Shown: positions 50,531-61,436 of the stretch, piece after piece
How positions within the stretch are numbered: the first letter of the stretch is position 1
How the letters are laid out: each line of letters opens with the position of its first letter
Source of the DNA: Ranitomeya imitator
Taxonomy: Eukaryota
Assembly: GCF_032444005.1 (NCBI RefSeq)
Contig: NC_091288.1
Coordinates: 223,820,001 to 223,884,000 of the forward strand
DNA: 64,000 nucleotides
Direction of reading: 5' to 3'
The notes under the pieces: model-generated
What the model saw: the letters and a program-made list of their open reading frames with translations, nothing else
Database searches by the model: none
Told to the model about the DNA's origin: nothing
Translations under genes and position numbers: made by a program

Positions 50531-50784
50531 ATTATGCAGATGACTACACAGCCCAAGTCATACAGAGAAAAATAAAGTCCTTCATAACTAGAAGATAATC
50601 TGGAGCGATCATTTACGAAATGGCGGAAATCACAGATGAATTTAAATACTTTTCCCCACATTTCTATTACTCAGATTCACACAATCCCCTAAAGCTGCTT
50701 CGTCTTCCTGCCGCACAGAGGACAAAGCTTCCTCCTCAGGTAAAACTATCTCAGAAAAAGAAATCTCAAGGGGAATAAAATTCA

Positions 50785-51277
50785 AGGGGTTTTTCCCACA
50801 AAGTTAGTTTTATTCAATAGATCTTGTAATAATAATAATTTTCACAATTAAATGTGATAAATAAAATCTTCCTGTGCTGAGATAATCTTATAACTGTGCC
50901 CCTGATGTTCTGTGTAATGGTCGTGTCCGAGTATACAGGAACATGGTCTGATCGTACCACTGCTCCTGGGCGGGGGAGGACACAAAAGAGAATATACAGA
51001 CATTACATATAAGCAACATTTTATCTCAAAGAAAGAATCATCTGTGATCCCGGCTGTAATGTCTGTATACTCTCTTTTGTCCCCCCTGCCCAGGAGCAGT
51101 GGTACGATCAGACCATGTTCCTGTATACTCGGACACGACCATTACACAGAACATCAGGGGCACAGTTATAAGATTATCTCAGCACAGGAACATTTTATTT
51201 ATCACATCTAATTGTGGAAATTATTGTTATTCCAACATCTATTGATTAAAATGAAATTTGTTCTTGGGACGACCCCT
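50785..51277. mobile_element. T2/Kolobok-like palindromic MITE
   Basis: aggggt...acccct ends beside degenerate TTAA-like sites; arms of about 200 bp are near-perfect reverse complements around a short spacer. Confidence 0.75.
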
Positions 51278-51473
51278 TTAGAAGTCCAGTCCCAGACGGC
51301 CGTCCCTCCTTCTATTATGTCCCATCCAGAGCTGAGCTTCTGTGGTATTTGATAACTTTATCCAATGAGATCTAATCTGGGAGATCCGTTCATGACCAGA
51401 CTTTGGTTGCAGAAATCTCCATTGTTCCCAAAGAAGAGAAAGATCCTTCATTGTGCAGTAAGTATCTTCTGAC

Positions 51474-51518
51474 CTGACCCCTGAATGCAGACGGGAAAGT
51501 TTTCAGAAGATATTGGCC
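51474..51518 (-). CDS. TIR-like gene exon (45 nt, phase 1-1)
   Basis: aatgtcttag|...ggggtcag|gtcaga; (G)PISSENFPVCIQGS. The splice sites are weaker than at the other exons. Confidence 0.55.
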
Positions 51519-51599
51519 CTAAGACATTTGCTCTCCATAGTAATTAGTGAAGATCAGTTGGATTTTGCTCCAAGCAGAGAAGGTAAAGACCACCCCATC

Positions 51600-52354
51600 T
51601 GTTATGTAGGCAATCCAGTGACACAGTGTGCCAGCAATCAGAGCACATACAGTGATCTGACAATAACCCAAAAACAATAGAACGAGCTCTGAGACGTGGA
51701 ATCTCTGTAGACTGCAATACCTGATCTATCCTAAACACAACTAAAGGCAGCTGTGGATTGCGCCTGTCACTACCTATGCAACTCGGCACTGCCTGAGGAA
51801 CTGACTAGCCTGAAGATAGAAAAACAAGCCTGACTTGCCTCAGAGAAATACCCCAAAGGAAAAGGCAGCCCCCCACATATAATGACTGTGAGTAAGATGA
51901 AAAGACAAACGTAGGGATGAAATAGATTCAGCAAAGTGAGGCCCGATATTCTAGACAGAGCGAGGATAGCAAAGAGAACTTTGCAGTCTACAAAAAAACC
52001 CTAAAGCAAAAAAACCACGCAAAGGGGGCAAAAAGACCCACCGTGCCGAACTAACGGCACGGCGGTACACCCTTTGCGTCTCAGAGCTTCCAGCAAAACG
52101 AAATGACAAGCTGGACAGAAAAAGTAGCAACAAAAGCAAAAAGCACTTATCTAAGCAGAGCAGCAGGCCACAGGAAAGATCCAGAAGCTCAGATCCAACA
52201 CTGGAACATTGACAAGGAGCAAGGAAGACAGAATCAGGTGGAGTTAAATAACAAAGCAGCCAACGAGCTCACCAGAACACCTGAGGGAGGAAGCTCAGAA
52301 GCTGCAGTACCACTTGTGACCACAGGAGTGAATTCAGCCACAGAATTCACAACA
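51600..52354 (-). mobile_element. Solo LTR of the same chromovirus group as Gypsy-1 and Gypsy-2
   Basis: Reverse complement starts tgttgtgaattc and ends cataaca; TATTTAA at 52250-52244; duplication cccatc at 51594-51599 and 52355-52360. Confidence 0.92.
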
Positions 52355-54133
52355 CCCATCATTCCCCAGAGTCCAATCCCCCTGCTACACCTGGGCAGTA
52401 AAGGCGCCGCACATGGTAGAGAAGGTAAAGACCACCCCATCATTCCCAAGAGTCCAATCCCCCTACTACACCTGGGCATGGATGCAGTAAAGGCGCTGCA
52501 CATGGTAGAGAAGGTAAAGACCACCCCATCATTCCCCAGAGTCCAATCCCCCCTCCTACACCTGGGCATGGATGCAGTAAAGGCGCTGAACATGGTAGAG
52601 AAGGTAAAGACCACCCCATCATTCCCAAGAGTCCAATCCCCCCTCCTATACCTGGGCAGTTAAGGCGCTGCACATGGTAGAGAAGGTAAAGACCACCCCA
52701 TCATTCCCCAGAGTCCAATCCCCCCTACTACACCTGGGCATGGATGCAGTAAAGGCGCTGAACATGGTAGAGAAGGTAAAGACCACCCCATCATTCCCAA
52801 GAGTCCAATCCCCCCTCCTACACCTGGGCAGTAAAGGCGCTGCACATGGTAGAGAAGGTAAAGACCACCCCATCATTCCCCAGAGTCCAATCCCCCCTAC
52901 TACACCTGGGCATGGATGCAGTAAAGGCGCTGAACATGGTAGAGAAGGTAAAGACCACCCCATCATTCCCAAGAGTCCAATCCCCCTTCCTACACCTGGG
53001 CAGTAAAGGCGCTGCACATGGTAGAGAAGGTAAAGACCACCCCATCATTCCCCAGAGTCCAATCCCCCCTACTACACCTGGGCATGGATGCAGTAAAGGC
53101 GCTGAACATGGTAGAGAAGGTAAAGACCACCCCATCATTCCCAAGAGTCCAATCCCCCCTCCTACACCTGGGCAGTAAAGGCGCTGCACATGGTAGAGAA
53201 GGTAAAGACCACCGTGCGTCTGATCCATCATTCCCCAGAGTCCAATCCCCCCTCCTACACCTGGGCAGTAAAGGCGCTGCACATGGTAGAGAAGGTAAAG
53301 ACCACCGTGCGTCTGATCCATCATTCCCCAGAGTCCAATCCCCCCTCCTACACCTGGGCAGTAAAGGCGCTGCACATGGTAGAGAAGGTAAAGACCACCG
53401 TGCCTCTGATCCATCATTCCCAGGAGTCTAATACCCCTCCTACACCTGGGCAGTAAAGGCGCTGCACATGGTAGAGAAGGTATAGACCACCGTGCGTCTG
53501 ATCCATCATTCCCCAGAGTCCAATCCCCCCTCCTACACCTGGGCAGTAAAGGCGCTGCACATGGTAGAGAAGGTAAAGACCACCGTGCCTCTGATCCATC
53601 ATTCCCAGGAGTCTAATACCCCTCCTACACCTGGGCAGTAAAGGCGCTGCACATGTTAGAGAAGGTAAAGACCACCGTGCGTCTGATCCATCATTCCCCA
53701 GAGTCCAATCCCCCCTCCTACACCTGGGCAGTAAAGGCGCTGCACATGGTAGAGAAGGTAAAGACCACCGTGCGTCTGATCCATCATTCCCAGGAGTCCA
53801 ATACCCCTCCTACACCTGGGCAGTAAAGGCGCTGCACATGGTAGAGAAGGTAAAGACCACCGTGCGTCTGATCCATCATTCCCCAGAGTCCAATCCCCCC
53901 TCCTACACCTGGGCAGTAAAGGCGCTGCACATGGTAGAGAAGGTAAAGACCACCGTGCGTCTAATCCATCATTCCCCAGAGTCCAATCCCCCCTACTACA
54001 TCTGAGCAGTAAAGGCGCTGCACATGGTAGAGAAGGTAAAGACCACCGTGCATCTGATCCATCATTCCCCAGAGTCCAATCCCTCCTCCTACACCTGGGC
54101 ATGGATGCAGTAAAGGCGCTGCACATGGTAGAG
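52355..54133. repeat. Composite tandem array: alternating 82/90-bp units (172-bp dimer), then 93-bp units
   Basis: ORF starts at 52674, 52846 and 53018 are 172 bp apart; later taaagg at 53176 and 53269 are 93 bp apart. Confidence 0.95.
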
Positions 54134-54691
54134 TGGATCTACACAGGAAACATTTCATCTGTCCCAACAATCCATCTCCGCGGTGTTTACAATGTGTCAT
54201 AAACTCTTAGCATCCAGGTTAATGATTGAACAGAAGCTCCGAGAAGACACAAGGATCCTGGGGTGAGGTTTGGCTGCCCTGACCACAAATCTGCAGCATA
54301 CGCTGGTGCCTACTTCTTATGACCACCAATCCTAGAAACACCCTCCCAGCGGAGTGACGGCCATAGAAGTATAAGGGAAACGCTCAATCTTTAAGGAGAC
54401 ATGAGCCAACCTCAAATACTGACCATACGTTACCGATTAGAGGAGCAGCACGGATGGGGTTTGTGAACACAACGTTTCTTTATGGAAAGTAGCAGCACAG
54501 AAGCTCCCCATAAAATGTGCACAATGCACACAAAGTCAAGACGTCATGTGCCCATGGTCAGTCTTATAAATTAGGACAGATATGGGGCTTTCCCTCTACA
54601 GAAGGTGTCGATAAGGTCCACTCCGCACCCTGCAACCACAGCCGCCTTCCCCAGCGCTTCTGTCTATTTACCGTCCCCTGTTGCCCTGGGT

Positions 54692-54758
54692 GGGATTAGA
54701 ACTCAGGACACCAGTGCTGCAAGGCTGCTGTGCTAACCACTGCGCCACCGTGCTGCCC
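54692..54758 (-). mobile_element. tRNA-derived SINE head
   Basis: Reverse complement gggcagcacggTGGCGCAGTGGttagcacagcagccttgcagcactggtgtcctGAGTTCTAATCCc, with Pol III A-box and B-box. Confidence 0.7.
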
Positions 54759-54789
54759 ATTCTTTTACTGGTTATATATAGTATTATTG

Positions 54790-55560
54790 GTTCGCATGCT
54801 CTATGAATATCATTCTTATGCCGAGATTCTATCACCTTACCATGGATACTACTTGATTTGATGTCGTATGATTCTCTGGACCTGGTTCTGTACTTAATAT
54901 GTGTTGTTGGTCTCCGGAAATATGGCCGCTGATGGAACGCATGCGCACTGTAATCTACCTGACACTGTGCGTTCTCTGGTTAGCGTCAATTAAACAGGCG
55001 GCGTGCGTGGTTATTGGTGCCATTGAGTGTTATGTAACCCACATGCGCGCTGTGTGATGACGCTGATGGAGTGCACCTTTTCATGTGTAGGGTGTCACGG
55101 GCGCATGCGCCAACTATATTGCTCTATAACTAGTGCGGCAATGACAGGACTTTGTTATCAATTCCCCTTTGAGAAAGCGATTACGCGAAACGTGCGTCGG
55201 GGCCGTGGGAAGATCTCTCTGTAGTCCGGACTAATTATGGGTGAGCATGTACTTTGCCTTATTAATATGTGATGTTACTGGGTGCCTCATATAAGGTAAT
55301 ACTATAGGATAATACTGTGCAATATACATTTAGCACCTGGATATGATTAGTTACATCTAAACACTTCAATTTGCTCACCCTGGTCATACAGTGGACTTGT
55401 GTCCTATCCTCAGTGTAACGCTTGTTTTCTCAAAGTACATTATCGATTTATGGGAGAGCCAAATCATTGAATTATGCTCTCGGCCGTTGATATAAGAACG
55501 TGTTTTTTGACTATTGCGTTTGCTTACATTTCTTCCATCGGAGCGGCGAGCACCTTTCTC
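54790..55560 (+). mobile_element. Penelope-like remnant (pLTR region)
   Basis: Contains a hammerhead at 55164-55202 and gcgcatgcgc motifs; boundaries are approximate. Confidence 0.55.
55164..55202 (+). ncRNA. Minimal type I hammerhead ribozyme, U3:A8 core variant
   Basis: ccct TTGAGAA A gcg-atta-cgc GAAA cgtgcg TC gggg: stem I ccct/gggg (one G-U pair), stem II 3 bp, GUC cleavage triplet. Confidence 0.7.
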
Positions 55561-55799
55561 ATGTTACGTTCAGTCTTATGCCACGTTTGGTAACTGCTTA
55601 ATTGTTCATAAACCCTGCAGTGGTGAAAAGAAGGGACCTGCTCGATCCGCTCTCTATACTTAGAGTAAAAGACGCCAGTGGTGGAGCCACAGCGAGAACA
55701 TCGGCTGTATCAACAATGAAGTCACTGCCGCAAAATGACCACAAGTGTTTTCCAGAAGTGGCTTTGTGTAGGAAGCTGTGTGGGAGCGCCATTGTCTGA

Positions 55800-56330
55800 T
55801 GCACGCCGTGTGCACAGAGCCACATTTCCCTCTGATTGGTCCACACCTTCCATAAAGTTTCTGAGCACTAACATCTCCACTGACCTAAAGGAATTACACA
55901 AAAATCATGTTCCACCAGAACTAAACCATAGAGCTCCTTAATCTCAAGCTGGTCCGTCCCTTACATCTTGGCTCTACAGGAAAATCCTCATAAAAAGTAT
56001 AATTTGGCCTAAAATGACTTCGCTCCTACAAGCTCTCCCAAATACTCTACTACAAACTGTCATCTGTTTTTCAGTAAACTCATCTCTGGCTTTTTGTGGG
56101 GCCACAACAATCCTAGACATTGATTGTCACACCCTGAAGGTGAACCTGACCTCACAGCCCCACTACAATCTCAATAAGCAATCCACCTTCGAGGAATATC
56201 AGACTGGATCCAGCGATGTGCTCCAAAACCTGGATCCACATGGAAGGAACCACAGTGATGAGCAAAAGGGTAACAATGTTGTGACCTTCTGCCTCTCAGG
56301 CTCCATATCTCACCATCCACTACTGCTGTG
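55800..56330 (+). mobile_element. Degraded L1 ORF2 (post-RT) fragment
   Basis: IKFLSTNISTDLKELHKNHVPP and FFSKLISGFLWGHNNPR resemble the L1 IKYLG..L...N..P and FF..L...I..F.W...PR motifs. Confidence 0.55.
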
Positions 56331-56982
56331 AACGTGAGACCACCATCATCTTATAGACGATCATCTTTTCTATCTCAGACATAAATTTCACTTGCAACTC
56401 TTTAGCATATGATTAGTTATGCATCGTAGGGTCAAAGGATTTTTTAAAACCTCCTCTATGTCTTGAAGAAATATATAAAGTCCTCACGTGACGTCCTTCA
56501 GTAGGAAACACATTCCAGGAAAATGAACAATTACTGTACGCAGTACACTCCTAAGCTATAGTTTTACTAAGTCCTAGTTCGGTCACGATGCAACTACTGT
56601 CTAATAGCAGAAAGTCTTGTCACCCCACCTCATCCCCTCCATTTACCCCCATTACCTTCTCCCTCTTATCCTTCTCTCCCCTATTCCTTATTATATACAG
56701 CTTGAAACCCTTTAATCTTTATGTGCTAATAGAAGGCAGGAGATCGGTTTTGTTCCATTGTTTATCAACGAAAGAGCAATAGACCAACCACCTGGTAACA
56801 CATTTAGTTTTCTGCCGTTCTGAGCTCCATACTGGATGTAGAACATGGTTCATGATAGTTGAGATGAGTGTTATAATCCGGAGGTCACACACTGACAGTA
56901 ACACATTCTGCAGTCTGCTATGTGCTATGATACATAGAGGATGTAGAAGAAAAAATGGCCATGAAGTGTAATGGAACCTTAC

Positions 56983-56997
56983 CCGAAAAATGAATAT
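56983..56997 (-). CDS. TIR-like gene microexon (15 nt, phase 1-1)
   Basis: cattattttatttag|atattcatttttcgg|gtaagg; (D)IHFS. Confidence 0.6.
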
Positions 56998-57424
56998 CTA
57001 AATAAAATAATGTAATAAGTCGTCATCCCATAAGGTAAAACCATCTGCTCAATGTTGTGAAAGCATCAAATCTACATCTATTTTACTATCAATGGTCACT
57101 TTGGTGTCATGGAGGAGCAATGACTGACTGCAACACTACCCTCACTAATAGAAGGAGATAACGTAAAGGAGGTGGAGACATGGTCAGGAATATTATCAGG
57201 GTGCGATACCTCAATGTCGTGTTCACCCAGAAAAAGTAAAAGGTCATACAGGTGTTTAATAAGCAGGTCACATCAGGAGAGCGGACAGATCATCTCACTT
57301 TTCCATCTTTTTGAGTGGCTCCGATGCACAAACCATTCATGTAGGAAGAGAACATGAGATGGATTGTAAATCTGAAGATCCCTATATCACACCGCACCTT
57401 CTGGTTGTATCATCAGCGCCTTAC

Positions 57425-57472
57425 CGGGAGACCTGAAGCCACTGGTAGAAGTCACCACTGATGGGACTCGTC
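57425..57472 (-). CDS. TIR-like gene exon (48 nt, phase 1-1)
   Basis: ttttctatttcag|...ctcccg|gtaagg; (G)RVPSVVTSTSGFRSP. Confidence 0.8.
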
Positions 57473-57563
57473 CTGAAATAGAAAACACTCGTGAGAAGAG
57501 TCTAGAGGTCGTAGTCAATCTTTGGCAGAATCTCTGCTCCTCATCATGTCTCGTAGGGTTTAC

Positions 57564-57611
57564 CTGTTCTCCTGCCGACATATGAGGACTCAGACGAGGT
57601 TATTCTGATCA
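57564..57611 (-). CDS. TIR-like gene exon (48 nt, phase 1-1)
   Basis: tatttttatag|...gaacag|gtaaac; (V)IRITSSESSYVGRRT. Confidence 0.78.
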
Positions 57612-57852
57612 CTATAAAAATATAAGTCTTCCCCCGGTGCGGCCCACATCAGTGTGCTGATCAGTGATAGAGACCACCGGCCGGAGCGATGCTGACACTG
57701 ACATGTCCATGCTACATATATACGACCCCGTATTATTCATCTCTATGGTCTGACTACCACTGAGAATCACTGTTCAGCTCCCCTCCGCTGTATAAAATGT
57801 GGTCAGTGAGAACATTTGGCCACTTTACCCCTCCTGGCCCCGTGGCTGGTAC

Positions 57853-58125
57853 CTGTGTTTCTGTATGGAGCATTGTTGATGATGTCCTTCAGTTTAAGCA
57901 GCTTGTGATACAAGGAGCTGTAGGCGTCGTGCAACTGGACAGAGATCGGTGATTCGCTAAAGATTGGATCGGGACCCATCAGACTGGCCGATTCCTTCTC
58001 CTGCTCACTGATGAGGATCAGTTCTGTGGCGTAGGAGTCCAGCCGCTGCTCCTCTAATATCCGCCTCCTGTTACTGTCACCGCTGTCCTCCACATCATCC
58101 ACCAGCACAACCACATTACTTGTCC
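57853..58125 (-). CDS. TIR-like gene exon, second half of the alpha/beta domain (273 nt, phase 1-1)
   Basis: tctgtctccgctcag|...acacag|gtacca; (G)TSNVVVLVDDVEDSGDSNRRRILEEQRLDSYATELILISEQEK...YHKLLKLKDIINNAPYRNT. Confidence 0.88.
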
Positions 58126-58180
58126 CTGAGCGGAGACAGAAGATACTGTAATATCTCATCAATATTCAATAGAAAACGCA

Positions 58181-60100
58181 GTGTGCCGCATTCACAAACA
58201 CCAGCCCGGGTGTCAGAACCCCACATATACCGGCCCTGGTGTCAGATACCACAAACACTGGCCCAGAAGTCAGACCCCACAAATACCGACCCTGGTGTCA
58301 GATACCACAAACACTGGCCCAGAAGTCAGACCCCACAAATACCGACCCTGGTGTCAGATACCACAAACACCGACCCTGGTGTCAGATACCACAAACACCG
58401 TCCCGGAAGTCAGACCCCACAAACACCGGCCCGGGTGTCAGAACCCCACATATACCGGCCCTGGTGTCAGATACCACAAATACCGGCCCTGGTGTAAGAT
58501 ACCACAAACACCGTCCCGGAAGTCAGACCCCACAAACACCGGCCCTGGTGTCAGATACCACAAACACCGGCCCGGAAGTCAGACCCCACAAACACCGGCC
58601 CGGGTGTCAGATACCACAAACACCGGCCCGGAAGTCAGACCCCACAAATACCGGCCCTGGTGTCAGATACCACAAACACCGTCCCGGATGTCAGATCCTA
58701 CATACACCGGCCCGGAAGTCAGATACCACAAACACCGTCCCGGATGTCAGATCCTACATACACCGGCCCGCATGTCAGATACCACAAACACCGGCCCGGA
58801 TGTCAGAACCCCACATATACCGGCCCTGGTGTCAGATCCTACATACACCGGCCCGGATGTCAGATCCTACATACACCGGCCTGGATGTCAGATCCTACAT
58901 ACACCGGCCCGGATGTCAGATCCTACATACACCGTCCCGGATGTCAGATCCTACATACACCGGCCCGGATGTCAGAACCCCACATATACTGGCCCGGAAG
59001 TCAGATACCACAAACACCGGCCCGGATGTCAGATACCACAAACACCGTCCCGGATGTCAGATCTTACATACACCGGCCCGGAAGTCAGACCCCACATATA
59101 CTGGCCCGGAAGTCAGATACCACAAACACCGGCCCGCATGTCAGATACCACAAACACCAGCCCGGATGTCAGACCCCACATATACCGGCCCTGGTGTCAG
59201 ATACCACAAACACCGGCCCGGATGTCAGATCCTACATACACCGTCCCGGATGTCAGATACCACAAACACCAGCCCGGATGTCAGAACCCCACATATACTG
59301 GCCCAGAAGTCAGATACCACAAACACCGGCCCGGATGTCAGATACCACAAACACCGTCCCGGATGTCAGATCTTACATACACCGGCCCAGAAGTCAGACC
59401 CCACATATACTGGCCCGGAAGTCAGATACCATAAACACCGGCCCGCATGTCAGATACCACAAACACCAGCCCGGATGTCAGAACCCCACATATACTGGCC
59501 CGGATGTCAGATACCACAAACACCAGCCCGGATGTCAGAACCCCACATATACTGGCCCGGATGTCAGACACCACAAACACCGGCCCGCATGTCAGATACC
59601 ACAAACACCAGCCTGGATGTCAGAACCCCACATATACTGGCCCGGATGTCAGACACCACAAACACCGGCCCGGATGTCAGACACCACAAACACCGGCCCG
59701 GATGTCAGATACCACAAACACCGGCCCGGATGTCAGATACCACAAACACCGGCCCGGATGTCAGATCCCACATACACCAGCCCGGGTGTCAGAACCCCAC
59801 ATATACCGGCCCGGATGTCAGATACCACAAACACCGGCCCGGATGTCAGACCTCACAAACACCGGCCCGGATGTCAGACCTCACAAACACCGACCCGGAT
59901 GTCAGACCTCACAAACACCGGCCCGGATGTCAGACCTCACAAACATCGGCCCGGATGTCAGACCTCACAAACACCGTCCCGGATGTCAGACCCCACAAAC
60001 ACCGACCCAGATGTCAGATCCCACATACACCAGCCCGGAAGTCAGACCCCACAAATACCGACCCTGGTGTCAGATACCACAAACACCGTTCCGGATGTCA
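58181..60100. repeat. 28-bp minisatellite, about 68 copies (intronic)
   Basis: Unit ccggcccggatgtcagataccacaaaca; period 28 (59701 and 59729). Confidence 0.97.
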
Positions 60101-60419
60101 TAAATCCCTGTGTGGAAGATTCAATTACTATGATTTTTGTAGTCATTATCTGAGCATAGCTTTATCTGTGCTATTCCTATTGATATATTCTGTTATTGGC
60201 TCATTACATATTACGTTATCTTATTCAGAAGGACCTCCTGGTCACTAATCTTCTGTCCTCACACTGTGACTGTGGATGACAGTTGCATCTGTGGTTGTCT
60301 TCGTGCTACACAGCTCTGCCGTGCTCTGACCAAGGTGGGGAACAGTGGGCCCAGTTACCACAGAAGCCATCTCTTTCATGGAGATCAGTTATGTGTTATA
60401 TGAACTTTTGTCTCCTTAC

Positions 60420-60702
60420 CAAAGTGATCTGACAGATCCTTCAGCTCCTCATCATACAGAGAATCGGTCACATTTGCAATATTTAGGCGCCCTCTCTTCT
60501 TGGTGTGGTACAAAATGGCAAAAGAGTTCTGAGACAGGCCGAAGATGAAGTTTTCACCACTGTTGGAAATATATATAGGATTGACCTTCCCCACCAAGCT
60601 CTGAAACATTGCGTAGAAGGAGAGCAGGTTAAACAGCCACTTGTAATTGGCATCTCCATCTCTGGAGAAGATCCCGACCTTGTGATTTTGATTTTTAGTC
60701 AT
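60420..60702 (-). CDS. TIR-like gene, first coding exon (283 coding nt; exon starts at 60721)
   Basis: tttctccccag| at 60721, ATG at 60702, donor TTTG|gtaagg; MTKNQNHKVGIFSRDGDANYKWLFNLL...FAILYHTKKRGRLNIANVTDSLYDEELKDLSDHF. The phase-1 end joins the next exon in frame. Confidence 0.88.
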
Positions 60703-61391
60703 TATATTTGCAGTACCGTTCCTGGGGAGAAATCATAGGAAACATTTCATGTTACTGGTGTGTTGGAATCATGGAGGAGCTAATATCAGTATAACGTGAC
60801 CATCCTCAGTTCATGTTAGTCCCATATTTCCTCTCTATGGCTGATGTGAATCTATCTGCAGGTATTACGGCATGTTCAAAATGAAACCAGCCTAAAGTTC
60901 ACGGAGGTCCTAGGTCCCCCTTGTGATTTGGGTGGGTGAACACCTATACTAGACGGCGTGTCCTGAACTGATGTTGGAGCACCATTTTCATATTTACTAT
61001 GGAGGTTCTCCACTCTACAATCCCTGAATTCAGCCGGACATAGTCATGACTTATACAAGATCACAAAAAACATGTGCTAGACGGTGACTGCAACACCAGA
61101 TACTGTATAACCACAGACAAGGGAGGCGATATTAGATATGGCAGCCAGCCAGAGATGGGGCATCAATAAAACAGAACACAGATCTGGAATCATTGCTGAC
61201 AATTGTATAAAGTGAAATCGGCATCTCTTCCAGTTATCGTCTCTAGATTAACGACGGAACTTCTCATAGAAAACTGCATGAAATAGTTTATACCAAGGGG
61301 TATTCTCAGGGTAATGATGCTTGAATTTCATCGCTGTTATCCATGTGTCATTACCCTGAAAAACCTCCTATGATGAAACATCTTCTACGTG

Positions 61392-61432
61392 TCTCCTGAT
61401 GAACCAGCATCAAAATGGGAAAACGCGTTGAA
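61392..61432 (+). ncRNA. Degenerate hammerhead-like motif (Penelope remnant)
   Basis: ctcCTGATGAAcca-gcatcaaaa-tggGAAAACGCGTt; one extra A in the GAAA segment and a weak stem I. Confidence 0.4.
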
Positions 61433-61436
61433 TTCC

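Noticed and set aside
55965-55973. Possible 9-nt phase-1 microexon (ttttcctgtag|agccaagat|gtaagg) of the TIR-like gene
   Set aside because: Splice signals are good and it would preserve frame, but it lies inside an antisense L1 remnant and is too short to support without RNA data; left out of the model.
58181-60248. Very long ORFs (417, 497 and 669 aa) in all three plus frames
   Set aside because: They are translations of a 28-bp minisatellite that lacks stop codons; 28 is not a multiple of 3, the same peptides cycle through frames, and the array lies in an intron of the minus-strand gene.
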